A stretch of 64,000 nt of DNA, taken from positions 3,328,001 to 3,392,000 of the forward strand of contig OX638351.1 of the NCBI GenBank assembly GCA_951813565.1. Direction: 5' to 3'. This DNA is from an uncultured Poribacteria bacterium (GTDB lineage: Bacteria > Poribacteria > WGA-4E > WGA-3G). The notes beneath the pieces were generated by a model, which saw only the letters and a list, made by a program, of their open reading frames with translations, was not told the DNA's origin and did no database searches. Made by a program: the position numbers and the translations under genes. Below are positions 20,716-30,892 of the stretch, piece after piece (positions within the stretch are counted from its first letter, which is position 1; every line of letters starts with the position of its first letter).

Positions 20716-21411
20716 ATGAAAATTATATTGGTATTAGTAGGATTTGTGTTGATGATAGCCTATTCTGTTATCGGCACGAGCGACATGGCACAGGCGGAGG
20801 AAGTCTTGGGAGTAGGAACGGATTCGCTGCTCGGAGGAGACCTAACCGACCCAGAAGACGATGGTAATCCTGAAGCAGATGACGGTTACGACGCCATTTT
20901 CACTGCCAACGATGAACCTGGATTCGCTGGCGGGGAATTTGCGTTTAACGTCTTTGATAACACCCTTGGCCCCGGCAATGCCAAATGGTGCTGAGGACGT
21001 GCAGGCGGCATTCCGGAGGAAGGCCTACACATTACAGCTGAGTTTGAGGAGCCGTACGCATTGACACACTTCACCGTATCTTCAGCGAACGATGTTCCTG
21101 CGAGGGACCCTACAGTGTGGGAGGTTCAGGGGTCGAACGACGGCGAAGATTTTACGACTATCTATGCTCACGACGGGGACAGTTTTTGGGATCAGCGACT
21201 GCAAGTCGTCCTTTTTGAGGCAGGGGTAGATTACGACGTTCAAAAAATCGGATATCGGTTTTTTCGGCATGTTACTTTTGACACCGTAGCGAACCCGGCT
21301 GGGGCGTACTTTCAAATTGGCGAAATTGAGTACTTCGGCGATGATAGTTATCCCGTAGACCCTAAAGCCAAGGTCACAACCACATGGGGAAGCATCAAAA
21401 ACATCCGATAA
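20716..21411 (+). CDS. Secreted discoidin/F5-8-like protein with an in-frame TGA (candidate selenocysteine at codon 93) and a C-terminal TWG motif
   Basis: ORFs 20590-20994 and 21061-21411 share a frame, separated only by TGA at 20992-20994 (AKWC*GRAGGIPEEGLHITAEFEEPYALTHFT). Signal peptide; 'WEVQGSNDGEDFT', 'FQIGEIEYFG'; tail VDPKAKVTTTWGSIK. Confidence 0.75.
20995..21030 (+). promoter_or_regulatory. Putative bacterial SECIS element
   Basis: GTG-C-AGGC-GGCA-TTCC-[GGA]-GGAA-G-GCCT-A-CAC hairpin directly after the TGA; the G-starting apical loop lies 20 nt downstream. Confidence 0.5.
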
Positions 21412-21433
21412 ACACAAATATCGGACATTTTCT

Positions 21434-21476
21434 AAATCGGCTTGAATCCAGTAATAACTTGGTTTGAGCCGATTTT
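21434..21476 (+). terminator. Terminator-like hairpin
   Basis: AAATCGGCTTGAATCCA...TGGTTTGAGCCGATTTT, just after the 21411 stop. Confidence 0.6.
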
Positions 21477-21573
21477 CATATCTGCTTGAAACCGTATGGA
21501 CTATACTGGTGAGGACCTTTTTGATTTTGAACCGCGAAAATCTTCATGCTCATATTGATTATGAGTTTATAAC

Positions 21574-21957
21574 ATGGAATTCCTCAATGACCATCGTGCT
21601 TGGAAGCAGAATGATACTAATCCTCCGTTTGGTGCGGTAAAAATCGGCACTTGGTACTGGATGAAGGCTGAAATATCAGACGATGGTTTTACGGGCAAAA
21701 TCTGGGAAGATGGCGAAGCAGAACCGAGAGATTGGCTCCTTGAAAGCGCACTTGGTTTTGGTGGTCTTAGACCGAAAAGTGGTCAAGTGGGTCTAAATGG
21801 AGGATCAAGCAGTGATCCGCCTGGGCTTACGGTTGTATCATTTGATAATTGGACGATCTGCGAAACAGCTGATGAGTGCACACCGGATGAGATTCTTGCT
21901 GTTCAAGCAGCTGGCAAACTTCCAACGGTTTGGGGAGTACTCAAAGCGCACTATTAA
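21574..21957 (+). pseudogene. C-terminal fragment of a secreted lectin-like beta-sandwich protein with a TWG-like tail
   Basis: No signal peptide or clear RBS; 'GTWYWMKAEI', 'SGQVGL', 'VSFDNW'; tail AVQAAGKLPTVWGVLK. Confidence 0.6.
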
Positions 21958-21990
21958 AGGTCGTGCCACAAAATTGACATACTTCAAGTC

Positions 21991-22026
21991 TAAAGCCTTG
22001 GAATTCTATAGGATCCCAAGGCTTTA
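21991..22026. terminator. Bidirectional terminator-like hairpin between convergent genes
   Basis: TAAAGCCTTGG...CCAAGGCTTTA inverted repeat. Confidence 0.65.
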
Positions 22027-22047
22027 AATTTGCAGATTGCAGAGCAT

Positions 22048-22893
22048 TCAAAATTGTAGTTCAGCAGAGATAAAATCCGAAGCGAAACGTTCTTCATAAA
22101 TTCGGGCGTAATTTATATATACATCAATAATTCGCAGGCCAACACCACCAGTTAAAGCACCGTTTGAACTGCCAACCCGTAGAGAAAAAAACGATGACGG
22201 AGTCCATTCGACACCGAAATAAAACTCCGGTTCTGCATCTTCGGTAGAGAGGGCAATGTCTGCGGAGAATTGATATGAAGTATAACGATAGGCGATGCCG
22301 AGTGTCACCCATTGAATACCGCGTCCGTCAAGGTTTTGCAACAGACATCCGAATTTGAGTTCTGGACGCGGTTTGAAAAGCAAACCGATGTCGTAAGAGG
22401 TATGGTATCCAAAGAATTGGTAATAATCGGACGGGTGCTGTCGTTTGAATTTGAGGCTTAATCCTGCAGCAAAATACGCACCGAGTTGACGTGCAAAACT
22501 ATAGTAATTAAAGTCAGGAATGCCATTTGCCACGTCAATAGCAATCTTATTTCCCCAATAGAGACTGTAGCCGCGCCAACTATAGCCAACACCTTTCGGA
22601 TCGAACCGATAATAGTGTCGATCATGAAACTTGGTAACACCGAAAAGCTTAACACCCTGCCACTGAATTAATCCTGCAGGATTCCAAAAACCGGCGGTCC
22701 CATCGTCAGCGACAGCAGTAAAAGCATTCCCCATCGCCAATGCGCGAGCACCTACATAAAGCGGACGCGCCGTTTCAAAAGGAAATTCTGTCTGTCCTAA
22801 AACAGGTGCCGTTAGAAAAAGAAAACAAACAGTAAAAAAACAGAAACGAGATTTCTGTAAATAACGTCCTGAACCCCCTATTTCAATCATCAC
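22048..22893 (-). CDS. PorV/FadL-like outer-membrane beta-barrel protein
   Basis: 'VGARALAMGNAFTAVADDGTAGFWNPAGL' N-terminal signature, amphipathic beta strands, C-terminal Phe. Confidence 0.8.
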   Translation of the reverse strand: MMIEIGGSGRYLQKSRFCFFTVCFLFLTAPVLGQTEFPFETARPLYVGARALAMGNAFTAVADDGTAGFWNPAGLIQWQGVKLFGVTKFHDRHYYRFDPKGVGYSWRGYSLYWGNKIAIDVANGIPDFNYYSFARQLGAYFAAGLSLKFKRQHPSDYYQFFGYHTSYDIGLLFKPRPELKFGCLLQNLDGRGIQWVTLGIAYRYTSYQFSADIALSTEDAEPEFYFGVEWTPSSFFSLRVGSSNGALTGGVGLRIIDVYINYARIYEERFASDFISAELQF

Positions 22894-23150
22894 TTTCTCG
22901 GTAATTGCTTTTGAACATTTGCATGAGTCTGCATCAAAATTGTGCTATTACTTATAGATATTTTATCAAATATAGGTGAAATTGCAAGGGAAATCAGTAT
23001 TGCTCAATAGATTGCCACTAAACTTTTATACTCGAATTGCGTCAAAATTGCTAATATACTTTATCAAGAAATTTCTGCACTCAGAATTTGTTCTGAACTT
23101 TTGAAATTGATTATTGTCAAAAATAAAAGGCTTGTTAAAATTACGACTTG

Positions 23151-23380
23151 TGCCAGTTAAGTGAAAGTTTTGTTGTTTTTCACAATTGTTCATATTTTGG
23201 AATCAACGCCAAATACGCTTTTGGCATTTGGCCGGAGCGATCTCCGAATCGCGACACGTTTGCAGTCGGGAATCGGAGTTCCCTCCTACCTTGAGGACAG
23301 CAGCTATCGGAAAAGTTGCGGAATGCAAACCCAAACAAGAGGAACATGTGAAATATAAATATACCAAATGTTAACTGGCA
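23151..23380. repeat. MITE-like element with a REP doublet and a micro-hairpin unit
   Basis: IR TGCCAGTTAA / TTAACTGGCA; internal GGAGCGATCTCCGAATCGCGAC...GTCGGGAATCGGAGTTCCCTCCTAC; unit at 23200-23232. Confidence 0.65.
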
Positions 23381-23431
23381 TAACGCGTTAAAATTACAAT
23401 TTTCTACAATATAAGTTTTAAGTTTAAGGAG

Positions 23432-24772
23432 ATGCTAATGCTTCGATGGAGAATTGGGTTTACTCTTTTCCTGTTTAGTTTGCAGTTTGTCGTAATTCTT
23501 TGTGTAAACGCACAAGAACCAGAGGAAATTGACTTATCTCAACCACTAACACTTGAACAGTGTATTCAAATGGGGTTAGAAAAGGCGACGAGTATGCGAA
23601 ATGCTCGGTTGAGTCTTGCTATTCAGGAACTACGTATAAAAAATGCACGTGCAGGTTATTTTCCTACAATTTCGTCTTCTGGACGGTATGATTTTTCTGA
23701 TCGGTTGGATTTCGGTTTTGAACGTGAGAATTACAATTTAGGATTGACAGGACGTTATACGCTTTGGGATAATGGGCAGCGTGAAGTAAATTACGCACAA
23801 GCAAAAGAAGGATTGGTATCTACAACGAGTCGGAATGAAGGAATTAAACAAGGTTTAATTCTTCAAATCACCCAAGCATATTACGACGTGCTTAAAGACA
23901 CAGAACTTGTTAAGGTTAGCTTAGACGTGTTGGAACGTTCAAGGGAAAACACAGCACAAACCGTAGCATTAGAGGAAGCAGGTGTCCTTATACCCGCTGA
24001 TGTCGCAACAGCCAGAGTGCGTGAAGCAAATAGCGAATTGGGGCTGGTAAACAATCAAAATTCACTTCAGATTTCACAAGCGACTTTGCCACGACTTATG
24101 GGGTTAGACCCTGGACTGCTAATTACCGTAGCAGTGGATGAATCCTTCCAAATGTATCTGGAACGGGGTACCATTGAGAAGATAGATATTACTGTTGAGG
24201 AAGCGATACAAGTAGCGCTTGAAAATCGTCCGGAATTTAAAGAAACCGAAGCACAAATTAAACAACAGCAATGGAGTTTGACACTTTCAAAATTGCAACG
24301 TTGGCCCCGGTTGGGTGCAGACGTGAATTATAATGTAAACCTTGATGATTACCTTCACGAACGTCAAAATTTCTCAGACTTTCGGAGTTGGAGCGTTGGC
24401 GCTTCACTCAACTTCACTCTGTTTGATAGCGGCGTTTTGGGGAATCGTGTCAAAGAATTGAACATGCAGTTAGAACAGGCACGCGAAAATGCAAGTGACT
24501 TGGAACGTTCCGTTGCACTTGGTGTCAGACAAAGCTATCTAAATCTGAAACGAAGTGAAACAGCAGTAGAAATCTCTAATACACAGGTAGTTAACGCACA
24601 ACTGAGTTTAGACGTCATCCAAGGGCGCTATAAGGTAGGGAAAGCGATTCTCCTTGAGGTGCTTGATGCGCAAACAAGTTACGCGCAAGCATTGACAAAT
24701 CAGGTGAATGCATTTTACGATTACAAAATTGCGCGAGTACGATTACAGGATGCAATGGGGGTCCTACAGTAA
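23432..24772 (+). CDS. TolC-family outer membrane channel
   Basis: Signal peptide, 'LTLEQCI', two OEP repeats, 'GRYKVGK..LLEVLDAQ'. Confidence 0.88.
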   Translation: MLMLRWRIGFTLFLFSLQFVVILCVNAQEPEEIDLSQPLTLEQCIQMGLEKATSMRNARLSLAIQELRIKNARAGYFPTISSSGRYDFSDRLDFGFERENYNLGLTGRYTLWDNGQREVNYAQAKEGLVSTTSRNEGIKQGLILQITQAYYDVLKDTELVKVSLDVLERSRENTAQTVALEEAGVLIPADVATARVREANSELGLVNNQNSLQISQATLPRLMGLDPGLLITVAVDESFQMYLERGTIEKIDITVEEAIQVALENRPEFKETEAQIKQQQWSLTLSKLQRWPRLGADVNYNVNLDDYLHERQNFSDFRSWSVGASLNFTLFDSGVLGNRVKELNMQLEQARENASDLERSVALGVRQSYLNLKRSETAVEISNTQVVNAQLSLDVIQGRYKVGKAILLEVLDAQTSYAQALTNQVNAFYDYKIARVRLQDAMGVLQ

Positions 24773-24777
24773 TTATT

Positions 24778-26739
24778 ATGAAGATCGGCAAAAAATGGAT
24801 TATTATTGGCACAGTTGCTATCATTGTTATTGCTGTAGCAGTGATAGGGGCAACCCGAATGAACTTTGGACAAAAGAAAGATGGTGAAGAGGACAAGCGG
24901 GAAGTTGTTCGGCGCGGAGAATTCCTTGTAAAAGTCCAAGAAACTGGATATCTCCGTTCCTTTATTGAAGTAGATGTCCGGTCCAACGTGGAAGGTGAAA
25001 TAACGGAAATTCACGTTGAAGAGAGTGACCCTGTTCAAGAAGGCGATCCATTGCTCAAAATTGACGATGAGCAAATTCGAGAGGATATGAAGCAGGCAGA
25101 AGCCTACCGTGATGCGCGAAAAGCTGAACTTGAACAATCAGACCTCCGAATAAAGATTGCTGACCAACGCGAAAAAAGTGACCTGCTGCAGGCACAAAAT
25201 GCTGTTGCTAAAGCTGAAGCTAACCTCCAATCCTTTATCGCAAACAAACAACAACGCATCACTGAAGCGGAAACCCTCGTTGCCACAACGAAGAACTTAC
25301 TGAACCGAGACAAAATCTCACTGAAGCAGGGTGAAATCTCTTTAACACAAGCAAATTTAACGCTTGATCGGGCGAAAGCAAATGTAACATCCGCAAAAAT
25401 TACCTTAGAGACAACCCAATCCGAACATGAGCGCAACAAAGAACTATTTGATAAGGAATTAATTTCAGAACAAGCGTTAGAGGAATCTCAAAAACAACTT
25501 GTTTTGAAGACTTCGCAATACGAAACAGCACAAAAAGAGGTTGAATCCCAAAATGAGACCATTAAATCCCAAGATGAAAGCATCAAGGCGATGAAGGAGG
25601 CTATTCAGAGCCGAGAAGCAACGCTTGCACTTAATAAAAAGAATGTAGAAACGGTGAAAGAATCCCAAAATGCACAGGAAAAGCAACTGGAAGCGGAATT
25701 AGGAAATACACGTACCCGACTGAAGCAGACTGAAGAAACAACTGAGGAAGAAAAAGCACTCACAAAACATGCGAAAGTTAGCGCAGAAGCAAACCTGCTT
25801 CAAGCAGAAAGCCGTCTCAAATCACAGCAGGATCGATACAAATGGACAACTGTCAAAGCACCTATGTCCGGCACGATTACACGTCTTTCTGTAGAAGAGG
25901 GCGAGATTATCACTTCAGGTCGATCAGCATTTTCACGCGGTGAGGCGATCATGCGCATCGCCGACCTTTCCCAGATGATTGTCAAAACCCAAATCAATCA
26001 GGTTGAAATCGGTAGGATAAAAGAAGGACAACGCGCAGAAATACGGGTGGATAGTTTTCGCAAAAAAATCTTTAATGGTAGAGTCAGTGAAATCTCACCC
26101 AGCTCTACCCCACGTGGTCAAGGCGGTGGTGGTGTGATTACCTTTGAGGTTGATATAGAGGTAGATATACCGGATCAAGAATTTCAACTATTACCCGGAA
26201 TGTCGGCAGATGTAGATATTATTGTCTTTGAAAAACCTGATATTCTTCAGATTCCGATAGCAGCCGTGTTAAGTCCGGAGGTGTTTACTGTAAAAGCCAC
26301 AGTTGATTCAAATGCTCTTGGTCAGTTCCAGCAGGGGCAAAAAATAAAAATCCAGAACCTTATCGGCAAACAATTTGACGGACAAGTTACAAAAATTTCC
26401 CCTTCGGAAACTCGTCGCAATCTTGAAATTCTGTTTGATGAACCCCCAAAAGGTATGCGTCCTGGTCCGACAGAGATTGTCATTGTAATCTCTGAAAACA
26501 AGCGATTATCCGGTATAGAAGCAGAGATTAGGAGTGAGCGTCAACACTTTGTTAAGCTTGACACAGGCGAACCTCAGAAAAATAAAGACGGCGAAAAAGG
26601 TGTTAAAACACATATTAAAGTTGGTAGACGCAACAACACACATTTTGAAATAATTAGCGGCTTAAAAGAAGGCGATCGCGTTTTTGTCCCTTCTATGATG
26701 GAATTGACAAGGGGAGAAGAAAATAGAAATAACAGATAA
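24778..26739 (+). CDS. MacA/HlyD-family periplasmic adaptor with a very long coiled coil
   Basis: N-terminal TM segment; lipoyl halves 'VRSNVEGEITEIHVEE' and 'VKAPMSGTI'; 'LLPGMSADV'; 'EIISGLKEGD'; 653 aa. Confidence 0.85.
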   Translation: MKIGKKWIIIGTVAIIVIAVAVIGATRMNFGQKKDGEEDKREVVRRGEFLVKVQETGYLRSFIEVDVRSNVEGEITEIHVEESDPVQEGDPLLKIDDEQIREDMKQAEAYRDARKAELEQSDLRIKIADQREKSDLLQAQNAVAKAEANLQSFIANKQQRITEAETLVATTKNLLNRDKISLKQGEISLTQANLTLDRAKANVTSAKITLETTQSEHERNKELFDKELISEQALEESQKQLVLKTSQYETAQKEVESQNETIKSQDESIKAMKEAIQSREATLALNKKNVETVKESQNAQEKQLEAELGNTRTRLKQTEETTEEEKALTKHAKVSAEANLLQAESRLKSQQDRYKWTTVKAPMSGTITRLSVEEGEIITSGRSAFSRGEAIMRIADLSQMIVKTQINQVEIGRIKEGQRAEIRVDSFRKKIFNGRVSEISPSSTPRGQGGGGVITFEVDIEVDIPDQEFQLLPGMSADVDIIVFEKPDILQIPIAAVLSPEVFTVKATVDSNALGQFQQGQKIKIQNLIGKQFDGQVTKISPSETRRNLEILFDEPPKGMRPGPTEIVIVISENKRLSGIEAEIRSERQHFVKLDTGEPQKNKDGEKGVKTHIKVGRRNNTHFEIISGLKEGDRVFVPSMMELTRGEENRNNR

Positions 26740-26820
26740 CGATTGAATTTAGCAGTCTAACTTCCTATCAGTAAGTGCTGAATTCAAAACTGATGACTAC
26801 GATCAAGGCAGGGTAAATAT

Positions 26821-27501
26821 ATGTTAATAGATGTTAAAGACATAACGAAAATCTATGAGATGGGTGATGTGCAGGTGCATGCGTTACGAGGGGTTACCTT
26901 CACTGTAGAGCCAGGCGAGTTTATCGCAATTATGGGTCCCTCCGGTTCTGGCAAATCAACTATGATGGATATTTTAGGTTGCCTTGCTACTCCAACAGAT
27001 GGTGAGTATTTCTTTGAAGGTGAAGAGGTAGGTAAACTTTCGGATAACCAATTAGCAGACATCCGAAATAAAAAGATCGGATTCGTGTTTCAGTCATTCA
27101 ACCTTCTGCCGAGAACAAGTGCACTACACAACGTTGAACTCCCGCTTATCTATTCTGGCTTGGGGCGAAAAGAACGTAAGCGCAGAGCATTTGAATCTCT
27201 GGAAGCAGTCGGATTAGCTGATCGGGTTGACCACAAATCAACTGAACTGTCCGGTGGACAAGTTCAACGTGTCGCTATTGCCCGTGCGCTTGTGAATAAA
27301 CCGTCACTCGTTTTCGCAGATGAACCAACTGGAAACTTGGACACACGCTCTGGTGCCGAAATTCTTGCTATTTTTGATCGCCTTAATGAGGAGGGAAACA
27401 CCATCATCATGGTTACGCATGAACCGGAAGTTGCGGAACATGCAAGACGTGTGCTACACATTCGGGACGGCCTCATTGAGCAAGATGAAAGGCGAAACTA
27501 A
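26821..27501 (+). CDS. MacB/LolD-type ABC transporter ATPase
   Basis: GPSGSGKS, '[10 protein letters not shown]', [13 protein letters not shown]. Confidence 0.92.
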   Translation: MLIDVKDITKIYEMGDVQVHALRGVTFTVEPGEFIAIMGPSGSGKSTMMDILGCLATPTDGEYFFEGEEVGKLSDNQLADIRNKKIGFVFQSFNLLPRTSALHNVELPLIYSGLGRKERKRRAFESLEAVGLADRVDHKSTELSGGQVQRVAIARALVNKPSLVFADEPTGNLDTRSGAEILAIFDRLNEEGNTIIMVTHEPEVAEHARRVLHIRDGLIEQDERRN

Positions 27502-28480
27502 CCCAAGAATCAACCGAGTCAGAATTAGCACGCCCGCTCGATTGCATTTTTCACTGATAGACTTGAACGGACAACTCGGTCGAATTGATGGCGGGTTCGG
27601 ATTAGCCATCACTGAACCGAATTTTAAGATCGTTGCCGAAGCGTCAACAGAAATTCATGTTGAATCCGCTGCTTATCGTGAGCGTGCATGTGCTATTCTG
27701 GCAAAGCTTCAAACAATCTATCAGTTCCCCGGAATTAAACTAAAATTCATCTCCGAAATCCCGACACATAGCGGCTTCGGTTCAGGAACACAACTCTCAC
27801 TTGGTATCGCTGCTGCCGTAAATATCCTTTACGATCTAAAATTAAGTGTCTTGGAGTTAGCGAATGCTGTTGGGCGTGGTGGCACTTCTGGTATTGGAGT
27901 TGCTGCGTTTGAAACTGGCGGTTTTATCCTAGATGGAGGACACCGGTACCCCGAACAGAAATCCTCTTTTCTTCCCTCTTCTGCTGCAGACGATATTTCT
28001 CCTCCCCCAATTTTATTCCAACACGCATTTCCAAAATGGCCGCTTCTTATTGTCCTGCCTAACTGTTCGCGTATTTACGGAGAAGAAGAATTAGAACTTT
28101 TCCGGACGTTGTGTCCGCAACCTCCGTCTGTTGCACCAAAGTTGTCACATCTTCTGTTGCTACAATTATTACCTGCAATCCTTGAGAAAGATATGCTTAG
28201 TTTTGGAAAGGCTTTGAACGAGATCCAAACATTCGGTTGGAAAAGAGTGGAGATTGATGCACAAGGTGCTGAATTACAGCAAACACTGGAGTTTTTACAA
28301 GCTAACGGGGCATTAGGTGCTGGCGTGAGTAGTTGGGGACCGGCGATTTGTGCTGTAAGTGAGGAAATTGAGAAGTTGAAACGGGGAACAGAAGAATATC
28401 TAACAAATTTACCAAACGGTGGTACCTGCTTTATTACCTATGCCAACAATACAGGTGCGGAAATTAGAAAAGTTGGCTAA
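27485..28480 (+). CDS. mptG: Beta-ribofuranosylaminobenzene 5'-phosphate (beta-RFAP) synthase, GHMP family
   Basis: '[20 protein letters not shown]', 'HSGFGSGTQ', '[22 protein letters not shown]', 'SSWGPA'. Confidence 0.85.
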   Translation: MKGETNPRINRVRISTPARLHFSLIDLNGQLGRIDGGFGLAITEPNFKIVAEASTEIHVESAAYRERACAILAKLQTIYQFPGIKLKFISEIPTHSGFGSGTQLSLGIAAAVNILYDLKLSVLELANAVGRGGTSGIGVAAFETGGFILDGGHRYPEQKSSFLPSSAADDISPPPILFQHAFPKWPLLIVLPNCSRIYGEEELELFRTLCPQPPSVAPKLSHLLLLQLLPAILEKDMLSFGKALNEIQTFGWKRVEIDAQGAELQQTLEFLQANGALGAGVSSWGPAICAVSEEIEKLKRGTEEYLTNLPNGGTCFITYANNTGAEIRKVG

Positions 28481-29027
28481 GGCACCATCGCTCTAACCAA
28501 CCTTCACTATAATTATCCGAATCATCTTTGAATTCGATTTTAAATCTTATGTATAACTAACTTCTGAAATCGGAAGTACTCCGATAGTTTTAAACTATAT
28601 ATTTCCGTGTAATACATTGGATATCGCGGGAAATACACGTTTTGCAAGGTATCCGAGGATACCCAGGGTCTATCTACCAAAGCGTGTCTACAATAGGCAC
28701 GCGCCTATTTTCTCTTTATGCAATTGTCTGCTTGGTTTGTTATGCGCTGCGACGACACGCTACCAGACAGGTTTTTTATGCTTTCCGCCTGTCATTTTTT
28801 ATCAACGCTTTTCGGCTTGCTTGAGACATATCCAAGTATCCACCGAGAATCCGTCTATCATCTCTAAAGGCACTCTTGCAGCCAAAGTGTTATGATACGT
28901 GACACATGTCAAAAACTACAGATAGAAAACTGAGATACAGACACAATCATGTCAAAAGACAAGCATAGTATTATGCCCGTAAATATAAAGAAATATATAG
29001 ATTATTAAATACTGTTACTTAACCTTA

Positions 29028-29642
29028 CTATCCTTTTCCAGAAGAATAGTAAGGATTAGTACCCGATGCATGGTCAGTTGTATCAATGACCTGCTTGATT
29101 TCTGGGAACACTTCTTGAATCATCGCTTCAATACCGTGTTTGAGTGTGACATTTGCCATGCCACAACCTTGGCACCCACCGCCCATGTGAATATAGATAG
29201 CATCATCTTCGACGTTCAAGAGTTCTATTTGCCCACCGTGTGCTGCGACAGCAGGATTAATTCGTTCGTCAATTAGTTCTTGAATCTTCTGTGCCTTCGG
29301 ATTGTCCCAAGTTGGCTTATTCGGATTTTCTATTTTAAATCCGCTTGAATTGAGGTCTTCAACATAGTCAATAACAGCGCCTTTAAGGTCTTCTGCACTT
29401 TTTGCATCAACCAAGACCTTAAAACTCCCAATGTCAAGGGCGATGTCGTCTTCCTCGGCTTCCGTAGCTAAGCCTAAACTATATTGAAAGTCGGTAGCAC
29501 TACGACCTTCAATGCTAATGCGCAGCCCTGCCACATCCACGTCTTCAGCATCAATCACAGCTTGAATTTTTTCTTGCGCGGTTTTTGTAACTTCCAATAG
29601 AGATGCTTCAGTTCCCGCGATCTTTTTAAATAAATTCTTCAT
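29028..29642 (-). CDS. nfuA: Fe-S cluster carrier NfuA (degenerate A-type domain + NifU-C)
   Basis: A-type-like N-domain lacking Cys ('IDYVEDLNSSGFKIENPN'); 'INPAVAAHGG', 'GGGCQGC', 'TDHASGTNPYY'. Confidence 0.88.
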   Translation of the reverse strand: MKNLFKKIAGTEASLLEVTKTAQEKIQAVIDAEDVDVAGLRISIEGRSATDFQYSLGLATEAEEDDIALDIGSFKVLVDAKSAEDLKGAVIDYVEDLNSSGFKIENPNKPTWDNPKAQKIQELIDERINPAVAAHGGQIELLNVEDDAIYIHMGGGCQGCGMANVTLKHGIEAMIQEVFPEIKQVIDTTDHASGTNPYYSSGKG

Positions 29643-29664
29643 AACTGCCTTTTGTGAATCCGAC

Positions 29665-30633
29665 TCAAGCGGCTGTTTGATCAACCTTGTATTCTGAGCG
29701 GAATTCACCCATTTCGTTGTAAAGGTTGCTTAACTGAGAAATTGCATAGATTTCCAACTGTCGGATGCGTTCTCGGGTTACATCAAGGGCATCTCCAATT
29801 TCCCGGAGTGTTTTCCGTTCACCATCTTCAAGCCCAAAACGCATTTTCAAAACTTGTTGCTCCCGTTCAGGGAGTTTGCTGAGGAATTGTTCTACCAAAT
29901 CATGTGTGATTAATTGTCCAATCGGTCCGTCTTCGGAAGATGTTGCTGGGTCTTCAATCAAATCTCCGAGTGTTGCAGCCGAACGTGATGAGCGTTCTTC
30001 ACCAAGTGGTAAGTCCATTGACACGGTATCCGCATTAAATGTAAGAATTTCTTCTACCTGTTGGAGGGTTAGGTCAAGTGCTTCCGCGATTTCTGCGCGT
30101 GTAGGTTCACGTTGAAGTTCTTGGCAAAGCGCCGCGTACGTTGCATCAAACTTATTCATCTTGGCAACAATATATGCTGGCAACCGAATAGAACGAGCAA
30201 AGTTATCAAGCGTCCGCATAATTGATTGCTTGATCCACCAGATAGCATAAGTACTAAACTTAAAACCCTTCCGATAATCAAATTTACCTGCTGCTTTAAT
30301 TAACCCAATATTTCCTTCCTGAATTAGGTCTTCAAGCGGGACTTTGTTTCCTTGATACTTAACCGCAATAGAAATGACAAGCCGCAAATTAGCCTGAACA
30401 AGCTCGTCGCGTGCGGCAGTATCACCAGCTTCAATTCGTTTCGCTAACTCAACTTCTTCTTCGCGAGATAATAAACGATGTCCCGCAACACTACGTAACC
30501 AACTCGTTAAAGCGCTCCTATCACTACCCTTGTAGTCGTTTGTATACCCCGTTTCTTCCGTAGGATATACTTCATCTATATATGAGTCAACACCTTCAAT
30601 GTCTTCTGTTTCACCGAAAAACTCGGTTTCCAT
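29665..30633 (-). CDS. RNA polymerase sigma-70 factor (RpoD/RpoS-like, no region 1.1)
   Basis: 'ANLRLVISIA', 'DLIQEGNIGL', 'KFSTYAIWWIKQ', 'TRERIRQLE'. Confidence 0.92.
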   Translation of the reverse strand: METEFFGETEDIEGVDSYIDEVYPTEETGYTNDYKGSDRSALTSWLRSVAGHRLLSREEEVELAKRIEAGDTAARDELVQANLRLVISIAVKYQGNKVPLEDLIQEGNIGLIKAAGKFDYRKGFKFSTYAIWWIKQSIMRTLDNFARSIRLPAYIVAKMNKFDATYAALCQELQREPTRAEIAEALDLTLQQVEEILTFNADTVSMDLPLGEERSSRSAATLGDLIEDPATSSEDGPIGQLITHDLVEQFLSKLPEREQQVLKMRFGLEDGERKTLREIGDALDVTRERIRQLEIYAISQLSNLYNEMGEFRSEYKVDQTAA

Positions 30634-30892
30634 TCGTCTCCTCTCCTTATCATAAATTTCTATAAAAATCTGCCAAATAGATATAATACATTATACTATA
30701 ACGTTTTGTCAAGCAAATTGTTTAAAAAAAAATGAATTTATTGTGAATTTTGCTAAAAAAACCCAAAAAAACAATCTACGTTTCATTTTTCTGAAAATTC
30801 GAACTTATATACAGAATTTTGGTCTAATAGAATAATACGACAATTCATAGCAACTATTTACAAGGGCATATATGAAACTTGTCTTCTGGTAA

